Of a stretch of DNA of 44,519 nucleotides, positions 1-8,933 are shown piece by piece. Source of the stretch: Coprothermobacterota bacterium (GTDB lineage: Bacteria > Caldisericota > JANLFM01); contig JAPLHW010000257.1 in NCBI GenBank assembly GCA_026389425.1, positions 1 through 44,519 of the forward strand, written 5' to 3'. The position numbers were made by a program, and so were the translations under genes. The notes below the pieces were generated by a model, which had not been told where the DNA came from, searched no databases, and saw nothing but the letters and a program-made list of their open reading frames with translations. How positions within the stretch are numbered: position 1 is the first letter of the stretch; every line of letters starts with the position of its first letter.

Positions 1-180
1 GGGTCCCTGGAGAAATCCTGAATGTGGCTTCATAGGCTGATGTTACAGCATAAGAACCCTTTGCTGTAGGCTCTGGTGAATAATTCGGGTTAGCCGGTTT
101 CAACTGCTTAGGTACCAGCATTGTGCCGGCATGATGGCTACGAACGTGCGGAAAAAGCTGCGGAAACTGCCTAGCATTCT

Positions 181-1170
181 ATGGCTTGGAGGCAAGTCGT
201 GCGCAAGAATTTTTTGGGTATTCTATTAGTGGTTACAGCATCAGCCTTGTTTCTGATCGCCTGCGCTTCGTCCGGATCCCCTTATCCTACGGTTTCTCCG
301 AATCCTTCTTCCAGTTCTCCCCCCGCGTCGCCTTCCACCTCACCGATTGCAACTCACACCGCGAGCGTGACGCCAGAAACAAAAAAGGTCGTCGTAGGTG
401 ATATCGAAATGGCCTGCCGTCTTTACGGTCAAGGCGATCCCTTGCTTCTGATCATGGGGTACAGCGGGTCACAAGATCTTTGGGATCCAACCTTCCTTCA
501 GATTCTGGCCGTACATTACCGAGTGATCACGTTTGATAACCGCGGGGCGGGAGCCACCACCACCGGAACCAAGCCTTTTTCCATCGAGCAATTCGCAGAC
601 GACACGGCCGGGTTGTTGAAAGCTCTCGGGATTTCCAAAGCACACGTATTGGGCTTTTCCATGGGCACAAACATCGCTCAGGAACTGGTGCTTCGCTACC
701 CGGACACCGTGAACAAGCTGGTCCTCTACGCCGCTGACCCCGGTGGAGGTTCTGCCATCCCTCCAACCTCGGAGACAATTCAGAAACTCACCGACACATC
801 CGGCTCGCCGCAGGAACAAGGACAGCGATTGATCGAGCTGCTGTTCCCGCCGGACTGGATGAAAGGTCACCCGGAGCGGATTAAGGAGATTTTTTACCGC
901 CCGATGGAGACGGTACCACCGGAAACTATAGGCCGTCAGGCGCAGGCCATTGCCCAATGGAAGGGCTCGATGGATCGCTTGGACCAAATCCGCTGCCCCA
1001 CCCTGCTAGTGACTGGCATGGAAGATGTGATAGTGCTCGCCGGCAATTCCCTGCTGATGGTTCCGAAGTTGCCCGGCGCCTGGCTGGTCCAGCTACAGGG
1101 AGGCGGGCATGGGGTGATGTACCAGGAACCTGAACGCCTGGCCCGCATCGTGTTGCTGTTCCTGGAATAA
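181..1170 (+). CDS. alpha/beta-fold hydrolase, probable lipoprotein
   Basis: 329-aa ORF. Signal peptide ends in lipobox L-I-A-C (ALFLIACASSG), followed by a Ser/Pro-rich linker. Nucleophile elbow G-F-S-M-G and C-terminal GGGHGV catalytic-His region. Confidence 0.85.
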   Translation: MAWRQVVRKNFLGILLVVTASALFLIACASSGSPYPTVSPNPSSSSPPASPSTSPIATHTASVTPETKKVVVGDIEMACRLYGQGDPLLLIMGYSGSQDLWDPTFLQILAVHYRVITFDNRGAGATTTGTKPFSIEQFADDTAGLLKALGISKAHVLGFSMGTNIAQELVLRYPDTVNKLVLYAADPGGGSAIPPTSETIQKLTDTSGSPQEQGQRLIELLFPPDWMKGHPERIKEIFYRPMETVPPETIGRQAQAIAQWKGSMDRLDQIRCPTLLVTGMEDVIVLAGNSLLMVPKLPGAWLVQLQGGGHGVMYQEPERLARIVLLFLE

Positions 1171-1212
1171 GCCAACCTGGAAAGAATGCGCAAGAAATGG
1201 GGTCACGCAAGA

Positions 1213-1636
1213 AATGGGGTCAGGTCTTTACTTTTGGCATTTCGCAGTTGATGGATATTGGCCAGACAACTCCATGAAGCGGTCTGCGCATTCCGTGATC
1301 TTCTCCACCAGCGCCAGCCTTGACCGCCATTCCACAAGGATCCCGCTCTCTCCATAATAAGCGCCCGCAATCTGACCGAAAACAGCGCCGACCGTGTCGG
1401 CGTCATCGCCAAGGTTCACGGCCAGCAACGCCCCGCGGCGAAAATCCAGCGTCTGATCAAATACCCATAGAGCAGCTTCCAAGGTGTCGCGACGTAGCCA
1501 CTGGCCTTGATCTCGGGCGGTGCTTTCCTGCGGAAGGAACCGGCGGCGATTTCAGCAACGACGGGAGCGAGAGGTTCCCGCTGCCACAGGTCTGGTACGG
1601 GGCAGAAACCCGGAGAAAGGATCTCCTCTTTGGAAC
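1213..1636 (-). pseudogene. 3' fragment of an ADP-ribosylglycohydrolase gene (decayed duplicate of 2869..3293)
   Basis: About 424 nt aligns by eye at roughly 80-85% identity with 2869..3293. Residual ORF 1228..1482 reads (L)[13 protein letters not shown]...[19 protein letters not shown], matching the C-terminus of the intact gene. A 1-nt deletion near 1483-1500 breaks the frame and the N-terminal half is absent. Confidence 0.75.
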
Positions 1637-1971
1637 AGTTCGTGGCTCTTTCTCATCCCGAGTGGGTAAGGTCGTCTGATGGCAAAAAGAGGAGCGCTGC
1701 CTAGAAGGACTGGAAGTTTTATTCGAGAGAGCATTGCGACTTGACTCTCCTTGGAGAATCACATAGATAGAGTTCCTTGAAAGCGAAGTGATCATCAAGG
1801 CATTCATCAACTTTCCCCGAGGGAGCCTTTTCTGCTGTTCCGCTTACGGCAAGTCCGTTAAGGCTTACGACACGATAGAGAAGGAATGGAGGCAGCATGT
1901 TCTGGAGAATGGAGTGTTACGCCAGAGTGAGGTCGATGAGACCTCAAGAGCAAAAAGGCTTGACTATCCCT

Positions 1972-1995
1972 GGGACCGCCGCACCCCAGTGCGGC
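1972..1995 (+). repeat. REP-like hairpin element, copy 1 (GGGACCGCCGCACCCCAGTGCGGC)
   Basis: Exact match to the 24-nt consensus seen at 6 other sites. 7-bp stem GCCGCAC/GTGCGGC with loop CCCA. Flanked by 18-20-bp direct repeats GGCTTGACTATCCC(C)TGGG at 1957-1974 and 2025-2044. Confidence 0.7.
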
Positions 1996-2178
1996 ATCAA
2001 CAGTGAAGTGACGGAAGCCAACTGGGCTTGACTATCCCCTGGGGCCGACAGGACTCTTTAAGACCATCATCACCCTGATTACAGGAAAGCTGGACTAGAC
2101 GTGCTGCCGCAGGCTGGTAGGTTGCCCACTTGAAATGAGAAGGAATCAAATAAATAAATCTGTCCCCTTTTTTAGTAA

Positions 2179-2206
2179 TTGACAAGTACCAAAGCAAGAC
2201 TACAAT
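2179..2206 (+). promoter_or_regulatory. sigma70-like promoter of the TA cassette (leaderless or near-leaderless)
   Basis: TTGACA (2179-2184), 16-nt spacer, TACAAT (2201-2206). The ATG at 2217 lies only 10 nt after the -10 box and has no SD. Confidence 0.5.
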
Positions 2207-2216
2207 CATAGTCATA

Positions 2217-2540
2217 ATGAACCCGCTGCGACCACTTGAACTGATATACCCGCCTATCATCAAGGCTCATCTCAAAACCATTGAGCCAAAGTATTTCCCG
2301 CTTATCGGCGAAAGCCTTGAAAAACAATTGCGGTATCAGCCAGATACGGAAAACCGGAATAGAAAACCGCTAAAACGACCCATTACATTTGGCACACAAT
2401 GGGAAGTACGATTTGGGCCGGGGAACATATTTCGAGCATTTTACAAGGTTAACCGGGAAGAATATCAAGTCGAAATACTGGCAATCGGTATCAAAAAGAA
2501 TAGCCGGCTAAACGTCGGCGGTCAGGAGTATGAGATATGA
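2217..2540 (+). CDS. RelE/ParE-superfamily type II toxin
   Basis: 107-aa ORF ending ...WEVRFGPGNIFRAFYKVNREEYQVEILAIGIKK, a RelE/ParE-like pattern. ATGA stop/start overlap with the downstream antitoxin. Low GC (about 42% in one 60-nt spot count). Confidence 0.6.
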   Translation: MNPLRPLELIYPPIIKAHLKTIEPKYFPLIGESLEKQLRYQPDTENRNRKPLKRPITFGTQWEVRFGPGNIFRAFYKVNREEYQVEILAIGIKKNSRLNVGGQEYEI

Positions 2541-2812
2541 GAATCGCATCAGTAGCCGATGTAAAGGCAAAGTTCAGCGGATACATAAAAGAAAGTCAGC
2601 AAGGGCCAGTAGTGGTAACAAAAAACGGTAAGCCCATTGCTATTATATTGTCAGTGACAGATGAAGAAGAAATCGAAAGACTGATTTTGGCGTACTCGCC
2701 GAAGTTTCAGGGGATGTTACAAGTAGCAGAGCAACAGATCCGAGAAGGTAAGGGCCAAAAGCATGGTGTATTTTGGCGTGAAGTAGCCGCAGAGCAGGTA
2801 AAAGAGATGTGA
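2537..2812 (+). CDS. Phd/YefM-family antitoxin
   Basis: 91-aa ORF; the N-terminus MRIASVADVKAKFSGYIKESQQGPVVVTKNGKPIAIILSVTDEEEIE is a typical Phd/YefM signature. Translationally coupled to the upstream toxin (toxin-first order, as in HigBA). Confidence 0.8.
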   Translation: MRIASVADVKAKFSGYIKESQQGPVVVTKNGKPIAIILSVTDEEEIERLILAYSPKFQGMLQVAEQQIREGKGQKHGVFWREVAAEQVKEM

Positions 2813-2889
2813 ACTGCCGCTGAACACCGGCCTGACGACGCCTTCGCCCTTTGGCAACACGCTAAAAGAATGGGGTCAGGTCTTTACTA

Positions 2890-3843
2890 TTAGCATTTCG
2901 CAGTTGATGGATATTGGCCCGACAACTCCATGAAGCGGTCTGCGTATTCCGTGATCTTTTCCACCAGAGCCAACTTGGACCACCATTCCTTCGGAATCCC
3001 TCTTTCACCATAGTAGGCGCCTGCAATCTGCCCGAAGACAGCGCCGACCGTGTCTGCGTCATTCCCTAGATTCACGGCCAACAAAACTCCGTCGTGAAAA
3101 TCCAACGTCTGCTCAAATGCCCATAGGGCGGCTTCCAGCGTCTCCACCACATAGCCACTTGCCTTGATCTCGGGTGGTGCTTTCCTGCGGAATGAACCAG
3201 CAGCGATCTCAGCAATGGCCGGAGCAAGGGGTGTCCGCTGCCACAGGTCAAGGACGGGACAGAAACCGGGAGAAAGGATCACTTCTTTGGAACGGCTCTG
3301 AAGTGCGCCCACGATGAGGCCAGCAGCGTAGCGACAGGCATCCAGCGCGTCAACGGCACCGTGGGTGGTGCGAGAACTATCAGCGGCCATGGCGATGGCT
3401 TCCTCCGGCTTCTGTTCGAAAAACAGGGGTACCGGAGCCAGGCGCATCAGGGAGCCGTTGCCGGCCGAATGCAGGTCAGCCGATCCGCAAAATGGGTTCC
3501 CGCTTTCTCGGAACTGCGAAAGGGCTTCTTGTGTGGTGAGGCCAATGTCCACGCAGCGTCCGTTGCTTCCCAGGTATCCTTCCAGCATCCAGCGCAGGTA
3601 GCGCTCCATCTGGTCTTTGGGGTCAAACTCCTTACGCTCGATCAGGCTTTCAGCCAGGCACAGAGCCATCGAAGTGTCATCGGTCCACTCGCCCGCCTTC
3701 AACCGGAGCTGACCTCCACCGACCATGTCCTTAATCGGTTCAAAGCTTCCGGGATGCTGGAATTCCAATGTCGTGCCCAAGGCATCCCCCGTCGCCAGCC
3801 CCAGCAGACAACCGCGGAACCGTTCCCTCAAGTATATCTTCAT
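2890..3843 (-). CDS. ADP-ribosylglycohydrolase family protein
   Basis: Motifs GCLLGLATGDALG, EWTDDTSMAL and [23 protein letters not shown] place the start at ATG 3843 (MKIYLRERF), which forms an ATGA overlap with the stop of the upstream gene. The 45-aa Arg/Gly-rich N-terminal extension in the ORF track is probably not translated. Confidence 0.85.
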   Translation of the reverse strand: MKIYLRERFRGCLLGLATGDALGTTLEFQHPGSFEPIKDMVGGGQLRLKAGEWTDDTSMALCLAESLIERKEFDPKDQMERYLRWMLEGYLGSNGRCVDIGLTTQEALSQFRESGNPFCGSADLHSAGNGSLMRLAPVPLFFEQKPEEAIAMAADSSRTTHGAVDALDACRYAAGLIVGALQSRSKEVILSPGFCPVLDLWQRTPLAPAIAEIAAGSFRRKAPPEIKASGYVVETLEAALWAFEQTLDFHDGVLLAVNLGNDADTVGAVFGQIAGAYYGERGIPKEWWSKLALVEKITEYADRFMELSGQYPSTAKC

Positions 3844-4958
3844 GCTAGCTGGTGCCTTGCCGCCACCCCGGCTCCCCTTCTTGCCTGGCCAAGGGCGTCC
3901 GCCGCAAGCATGGCATCGAGGACTTTTCCGGGAGTGATCACGCCCGCTTCGTGATGGATGGGCTGACCGGGAGCGCACGCCTTTTCAGCAGCCTCCATTA
4001 GTTTTCGCTGGTCGGCGTTTCCAAGGCCGATGTCCGCAAGCGTGGTCGGCAAGCCGACCTCCTCGCAGAACGAGAAAACGGTTGCTGACTCGTCCGCTGA
4101 CGCGCCTGTCAGTTGGAGACCGGCCAAAACGCCAAAGGCGACTTTTTCGCCGTGGTAGAAGGAATGGGTTTCCGCCAACGCGGTGAGACCATTGTGAATG
4201 GAATGAGCCGCAGCCAACCCGGCGCTTTCAAACCCGATTCCGCTCAGCAGGATATTCGCTTCGACAATGCGTTCCAGAGCTGGCGTGACGATATTTCTCC
4301 GGCTGGCGAGTTTGGCGGCCGCGCCATAGGTCAGCAGGGTTTCATAGCAGAGTTTGGCGATGCCCAGCCCTACCGTTGTGCTATAACCGCCACACTCGTT
4401 CGCCGACTGGGTGCGCTCACAGGATCTGGCCTCGAACCATGTCGACAGCGCGTCTCCCATCCCGGCCACCAGGAACCGCGTCGGCGCTGCCGCGATGATC
4501 TCCACATCCACAAGCACAACCGCTGGGTTCGTTTTTTGATAGCATACGGAATCGAAAACCCCGTCCTTTGAGTACAGCACCGCGCACCCGCTGCACGGAG
4601 CATCGGTCGACGCGATCGTGGGGACGATGATCACCGGTATGCCCGAGCGGTCGGCGGCAATTTTCGCCGTGTCAATGGTCTTTCCTCCGCCCATGCCAAC
4701 AAGCACATCCACATGCTTTTGGGCGATGGTGGCGGACAACCGGGTTACCTCATCCTCGCAACACTCGCCGCGGAATAATTCGATGGGGATGGCCCGAGCG
4801 CTCCAATCGACACCGCATCCGGGAAGAACCTTGTCGTTCACCGAGTGCGACGCCAAGATCAACCCTTGTTTGCCCAGCAACTTTATCAGTGCGGGCAATT
4901 CGCCAATGGCGCCAACGCCTTGGATGTATTTTCCAGGAAAGACTGCTTTCTTAAACAC
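3840..4958 (-). CDS. gldA: glycerol dehydrogenase-like iron/zinc-dependent polyol dehydrogenase
   Basis: Motifs GGGKTIDTAKIAA, GDALSTWFEA, AAHSIHNGLT and HGEKVAFGVL match GldA metal/NAD motifs. Likely start is GTG 4958 (VFKKAVFPGKYIQG), 6 nt after GAGGAGG; the ORF-track start at 4982 is a TTG. Confidence 0.8.
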   Translation of the reverse strand: MFKKAVFPGKYIQGVGAIGELPALIKLLGKQGLILASHSVNDKVLPGCGVDWSARAIPIELFRGECCEDEVTRLSATIAQKHVDVLVGMGGGKTIDTAKIAADRSGIPVIIVPTIASTDAPCSGCAVLYSKDGVFDSVCYQKTNPAVVLVDVEIIAAAPTRFLVAGMGDALSTWFEARSCERTQSANECGGYSTTVGLGIAKLCYETLLTYGAAAKLASRRNIVTPALERIVEANILLSGIGFESAGLAAAHSIHNGLTALAETHSFYHGEKVAFGVLAGLQLTGASADESATVFSFCEEVGLPTTLADIGLGNADQRKLMEAAEKACAPGQPIHHEAGVITPGKVLDAMLAADALGQARRGAGVAARHQLA

Positions 4959-5046
4959 CGAAACCTCCTCAATCAACAACAACCACCCAACACCAACTCC
5001 GAAAGGGTAACCGTTCTGGGGAAGAAAGGCCAGACCCGTTCACCAC

Positions 5047-5638
5047 TTGCTTTACCATGACTGCAGCCTTAAAGGTCGTTTGTCAAAATGTGGCCTGGCG
5101 TATGATCGAAGCCTGCGCTTCGATAAGGTCACGCAGCAGAAAGCTGAACGCGCTTTCAATAAACTGTTTGCAGACTGCACTCTCCCGGATTGGCGTCCGC
5201 CAATTAAAGCTGCTCGGCCTCTTTCCGACTGGATGATGCACTTTGTGTGCCGGGTCGCCGACGACAACCAACTCGTGTACCAGATCCACACGGGGCTTCA
5301 GGAAGGAAACGGCAACGTCATTTATGACTCGAATCCGACACTCCTGACGAATCTCTTTCTGGAATATCGCCAGGCTCGGTTTGACTTGTTTCACATGGGT
5401 TATCCCTATGTGATGGAACTCGGCAATCTCGCCAAGAATTTCCGGAATGTATTCATTGATATGTGTTGGGGGCACATCATCAGCCCGGAGGCTGCCCGGC
5501 GCGCCTTTTTCGAGTGGCTGGATGCCGTTCCCGCCAATAAGATCAGCGCATTTGGCGGAGACTACTGTTTCGTCGATGGCGTCTATGGGCACCAGTTGCT
5601 GGCCCGCCAAAATGTGGCTTCCGCGCCTTTTTCTTCTT
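5047..5638 (+). pseudogene. amidohydrolase-family gene remnant (C-terminal half, 3' end cut by IS630-family element)
   Basis: Translation (...VYQIHTGLQEGNGN...FHMGYPYVMELGNLAKNFRNVFIDMCWGHII...ISAFGGDYCFVDGVYGH) looks like the distal half of a metal-dependent amidohydrolase. It begins at a TTG only 65 bp from the divergent gldA, and the reading frame runs into the IS inverted repeat at 5639. Confidence 0.5.
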
Positions 5639-6752
5639 ATTCCAATTTGCATTCAAGTTGACATTGTGCTATCACCTCGCCATGGAGGTATGCCATGGCC
5701 AGACAGAACCAAATCAGCATGGAAGACCTACAAAGAGCCAAGCAGTTGCGCGATCAAGCCACCACGGCAGCAGAGTATCGCAAGGCCCTTTCTGTGATAC
5801 TGACCGCGGAACTCGGCATGGATGCCGAACAGATCGCGGAGTTGCTGGGAACCAGTCGACGGACTGTTTTTCGTGATCGTGTCAGTATCCACAGCCAAGG
5901 CGACACTCCAAAGAACTGTTGGGGCGGCCGCCGTCATTGTGCGATGAGCATCGCAGAGGAAGATCAGTTCCTTGCTCAATGGATCGATAAGGCCATCATC
6001 GGTGGAGTTCTGACGGTTCCGCCCATTCATGCCGCCTTGGTGAAACGTTTGGGTCGAGACATCCCCATGTCAACAACCTATCGGTTATTGGCTCGTCATG
6101 GTTGGCGCAAGGTGCAACCAGATACCAAGCACCCCAAGAGCGATCCTGCCTTGCAGGACGAATTCAAAAAAAACTCCCCGAAGCTGTGGAAGCCGCCTGC
6201 CTGAAAAACGAAGATCAGCTTCCGCTGCGGTTGATCTTTCAGGATGAAGCCCGCTTTGGGAGGATCAGTGATCCCCGTTCATGTTGGGCGCCTGCTCCTC
6301 ATCGGCCGGTGGTTAATCTGGCTCTGGTTCGGGAGTTCCGGTACGAATATGCAGCGGTCAGCCCTTGGGATGGCAGTCTCGATTTCATGACTGCTGAGAA
6401 GATGAATACGAAAACCATGTCCCGCTTCTTGGAGCAAGTCAGCCAAGCGCACCAAGACCAGTTCATCGTCATGGTGGTGGACGGAGCGTCATCCCACAGA
6501 AGCAAAGAGCTTGAGATTCCCAAGAAGGGGTCGCTTGTTCGACTGCCGCCCTATTCACCGGAGCTGAATCCGGCGGAGCAGATATGGAACCTGCTCAGAC
6601 GCAACTACTTCGCCAATCGCGTCTTTGGTTCCCTGGATGCTGCTACCGCGCAAGCCGAATCTGGCTTGGCAGAGATGGCGGCAGATAAGCTGTCAATCCG
6701 GCAACTGACCAACTGGCCGTGGATTAGTGCCATCTTGAAAACGTAATGGAAT
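5639..6752 (+). mobile_element. IS630-family insertion sequence (about 1.1 kb)
   Basis: Imperfect terminal inverted repeats ATTCCAATTTGCATTCAAG (5639-5657) and CTTGAAAACGTAATGGAAT (6734-6752), 14/19 matching. They enclose a two-frame DDE transposase. Confidence 0.7.
5695..6746 (+). CDS. IS630-family transposase (two frames joined by -1 slip at an A8 run, 6166-6173)
   Basis: ORF 5695..6204 is the HTH part; ORF 6102..6746 is the DDE part (QDEARFG, VVDGASSHRS, LPPYSPELNPAEQIWNLLRR). The second frame is -1 relative to the first, overlapping at TTCAAAAAAAAC. Confidence 0.8.
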
Positions 6753-7042
6753 CAGCATTTTCGCCATTTTGGAGTGAGCGGAGGAGTGTACGCCGATGTG
6801 GCGGGCTTCTTCCAAGTCGCTGGGGATGGCACTTGGTTGTTTCGAACCGATTGGCAGCGTAATCCCTATCCAGCTATTCTCTTGATGGGAATCGATCTTG
6901 ACACCGTAGCTGGACACCACCGGCAATCAGCGTGATCCATCACGATTCTCACCCGCATCTGACTCAGCTCCCTAATTAAACAACAAGCCAAAATACGCTG
7001 CCTTGGGCTATGTGGCACGGGCAGTCATCCTCACAAAAATAC

Positions 7043-7079
7043 GTTTCAGTCCCCTTATTAGCGGGGATGTGGATGCAAC
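7043..7079 (+). repeat. solitary CRISPR-repeat-like 37-mer
   Basis: GTTTCAGTCCCCTTATTAGCGGGGATGTGGATGCAAC: GTTTCA 5' end, internal CCCC/GGGG hairpin, ...GCAAC 3' end. It lies 21 nt from the IS3 left end. No second convincing copy and no cas genes in the window. Confidence 0.25.
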
Positions 7080-7158
7080 CATAGACTGAAACCCTCCCAT
7101 TGGACACTCCAGGTTAGGAGAACCATCCACCGGACCGACGCTTAGAATAGAGGCAACG

Positions 7159-7512
7159 ATGAGAAACCAACGAACCTTCAGCATCGAGTTCAAGCGCCAA
7201 GTGATCGAGGAATGGCTCAGCGGAACCAGCAGCCTAGCCCAACTCTCCCGCCGCCATGCCATCGCCCCCAGCCTTCTCTATCACTGGAAGGAACGATACA
7301 TCCGAGGGAAGCTTTCCAATGAGCCTACCGAGTCAGGAGCTCTCCAAGCCCGCGTTGAGAAGTTGGAGAGGATGGTCGGCAGGCTGACCCTGGAGAATGA
7401 GTTCTTAAAAAAGGGGCTCTCCAGAGCCCTCTCCCCATCGAAGAGAAACGTCAGCTCATCGCTTCCTCCCGCCAACAACTCCCCGGTAAAACAGGGCAAG
7501 GATGCCGATTGA
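7159..7512 (+). CDS. IS3-family transposase OrfA (HTH)
   Basis: MRNQRTFSIEFKRQVIEEWL...LLYHWKERY plus leucine zipper LERMVGRLTLENEFLKK. Slippery TTAAAAAAG at about 7405. Confidence 0.8.
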   Translation: MRNQRTFSIEFKRQVIEEWLSGTSSLAQLSRRHAIAPSLLYHWKERYIRGKLSNEPTESGALQARVEKLERMVGRLTLENEFLKKGLSRALSPSKRNVSSSLPPANNSPVKQGKDAD

Positions 7513-8330
7513 TGAGCCTGGCCCGCAGCACCTTCTACGCCAAGAGCAAAGTGAATCTCCCACGACTCAAGGAGGATGCTGATCTACAGGACTCGATCGA
7601 GCGGATCGTCCTGGCTTATCCCTGATATGGCTATCGCCTGGTGACGCATCAGCTTTAAAGAGAAAGCTCCAGGGTCAATCGCAAATGGGTTCTGCGGGTC
7701 ATGAAAACTAGCGATCTGCTCTATCGAGCAGCGCGGCCTTGGCGGAGGACCATCAACAGTGACCACGTCTTTCCTATCTACGCCAACCTACTCCACAATG
7801 TCCTGGTCACTTCTCCCGACCAGACCTGGGTTTCTGACTTGACCTATATCCGTATCGAGACTGGTTTTGTTTACCTGGCAGTGATCCTCGATGCTTTCTC
7901 CCGAGTGGGGATTGGTTATACCCTCTCTACTCGCCGCTTAGATACCAGTCTAGCCAAGGCAGCGCTGGAAATGGCCCTCAGAGAACGGAAGCCAAAACCT
8001 GGCTGTATTCTTACCACTCGGATCAGGGGGTGCAATATGCCAGCGCCGACTATGTGCAAACCCTAAAAGATCATAGCTATAGGATCAGTATGTCCCACAA
8101 GGGCAATCCCTGTGACGACGCCTTGGTGGAGAGCTTCTTCGAGACCCTCAAGCAGGAAGAGTTTTACCTGACGGAATACCAACCGATTCATGACCTGCGA
8201 GACCGGCTTCCCCGTTTTATCGAGGAGGTCTACAATCGGAAAAGACTCCCTCTTCGCTGAGGAATTTACCACCGAGAGAGTTCGAATCTACCCGGAACCT
8301 GGAAGACAACGCTTGGCGGGAGGGGTGCAC
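7405..8330 (+). pseudogene. IS3-family transposase OrfB (DDE integrase core), disrupted
   Basis: Recognisable WVSDLTYIRIETGFVYLAVILDAFSR, HSDQGVQYAS and SMSHKGNPCDDALVESFFETLK. There are in-frame stops (AYP*YGYR at about 7622, QL*RE at about 7657) and at least two frameshifts (about 8030 and 8255). Confidence 0.8.
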
Positions 8331-8619
8331 TCTCCTAACCCAAAGTGTCCAGTCCTAAGGGTGCAGTCCAGATTCCTTTCACTCTTCAGAGCTTAGTGAT
8401 TTCTTCTTTGCTGACCTCGACTACTCTTGGGATGCCTATATTCATGCATGACGCCTTATCAAAAAGGTGTGCGGGAGAAGTCTGCTTGAATTATGTTTAA
8501 AATGCTTTCTTAACAACTGACCCGATAAAAGGGTGAACTTTTCTAAAAAGGGCCGCAGGCACTCCACCTCCTTTTCCCAACCGCATCGCTAGCCTTGCTT
8601 TTCGATGCATAACATCCCC

Positions 8620-8650
8620 TTGACAAGCAAAAACAGCCCCCCCCATACTT
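8620..8650 (+). promoter_or_regulatory. candidate sigma70-like promoter upstream of the 8930 operon
   Basis: TTGACA (8620-8625), 18-nt spacer, CATACT (8644-8649). It would give a leader of about 230 nt. Confidence 0.3.
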
Positions 8651-8885
8651 CGATCTATCGAAACCACTACCTTATCGAAAAAACCATCCCGTTGCTGCCA
8701 TGGGCACAACCAGTGGTAGTGATGTTTTCGTAGCAGATTTTTCGTGGCGAAAGTACCTGGATTGAAGGTCGCAGATTGCGATAGGATAGATGCAGCTACA
8801 GCTGTAATCTTCTTATCTCAATACGGATCTTGCCTCAGCAGGAGTAGATTAACTTAATTGAGGCCAATGTGTTTAAGGAGTGGGC

Positions 8886-8933
8886 ATGACCGGTAGGCGG
8901 ACTGGGCTGGGGAAAGAAAGCATCCGATCATGA
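8886..8933 (+). CDS. possible 15-codon upstream ORF (MTGRRTGLGKESIRS) coupled to the 630-aa gene
   Basis: ATG 8886 lies 5 nt after a strong SD (AAGGAG). Its TGA overlaps ATG 8930 as ATGA, while ATG 8930 has no good SD of its own. Confidence 0.25.
   Translation: MTGRRTGLGKESIRS

Larger units (their letters stand above)
7101..8351 (+). mobile_element. IS3-family insertion sequence, inactivated
   Basis: IRL TGGACACTCCAGGTTAGGAGA (7101-) versus the reverse complement of the right end, TGGACACTTTGGGTTAGGAGA (-8351). Contains orfA, an A6G slippery site and a broken orfB. Confidence 0.8.

Noticed and set aside
1788-2006. 72-aa ORF ending ...[11 protein letters not shown]
   Set aside because: Its C-terminus is just a translated REP hairpin. 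There is no SD or recognisable domain, and it sits in the spacer between the pseudogene fragment and the TA promoter.
6951-6990. Possible second, degenerate CRISPR-like repeat upstream of the 7043 repeat
   Set aside because: Only the first ~13 nt show similarity. The offset is about 82 nt, which would imply a 45-nt spacer. Too weak to call an array.
8270-8295. tRNA T-arm-like string GAGTTCGAATCTACCC
   Set aside because: It is the coding remnant of the conserved IS3 transposase C-terminus (...LPPREFES...). No acceptor or anticodon arms can be drawn around it.
8497-8709. 70-aa minus-strand ORF in the leader region of the radical SAM operon
   Set aside because: No SD and no motif. It overlaps the candidate promoter and repeat motifs on the other strand. 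Treated as non-coding.
8880-8900. GTGGGCATGA shared between the uORF start (8882-8891) and the MFS 5' direct repeats (24995, 25800)
   Set aside because: Only a 10-nt match with no extension on either side. Most likely coincidence.
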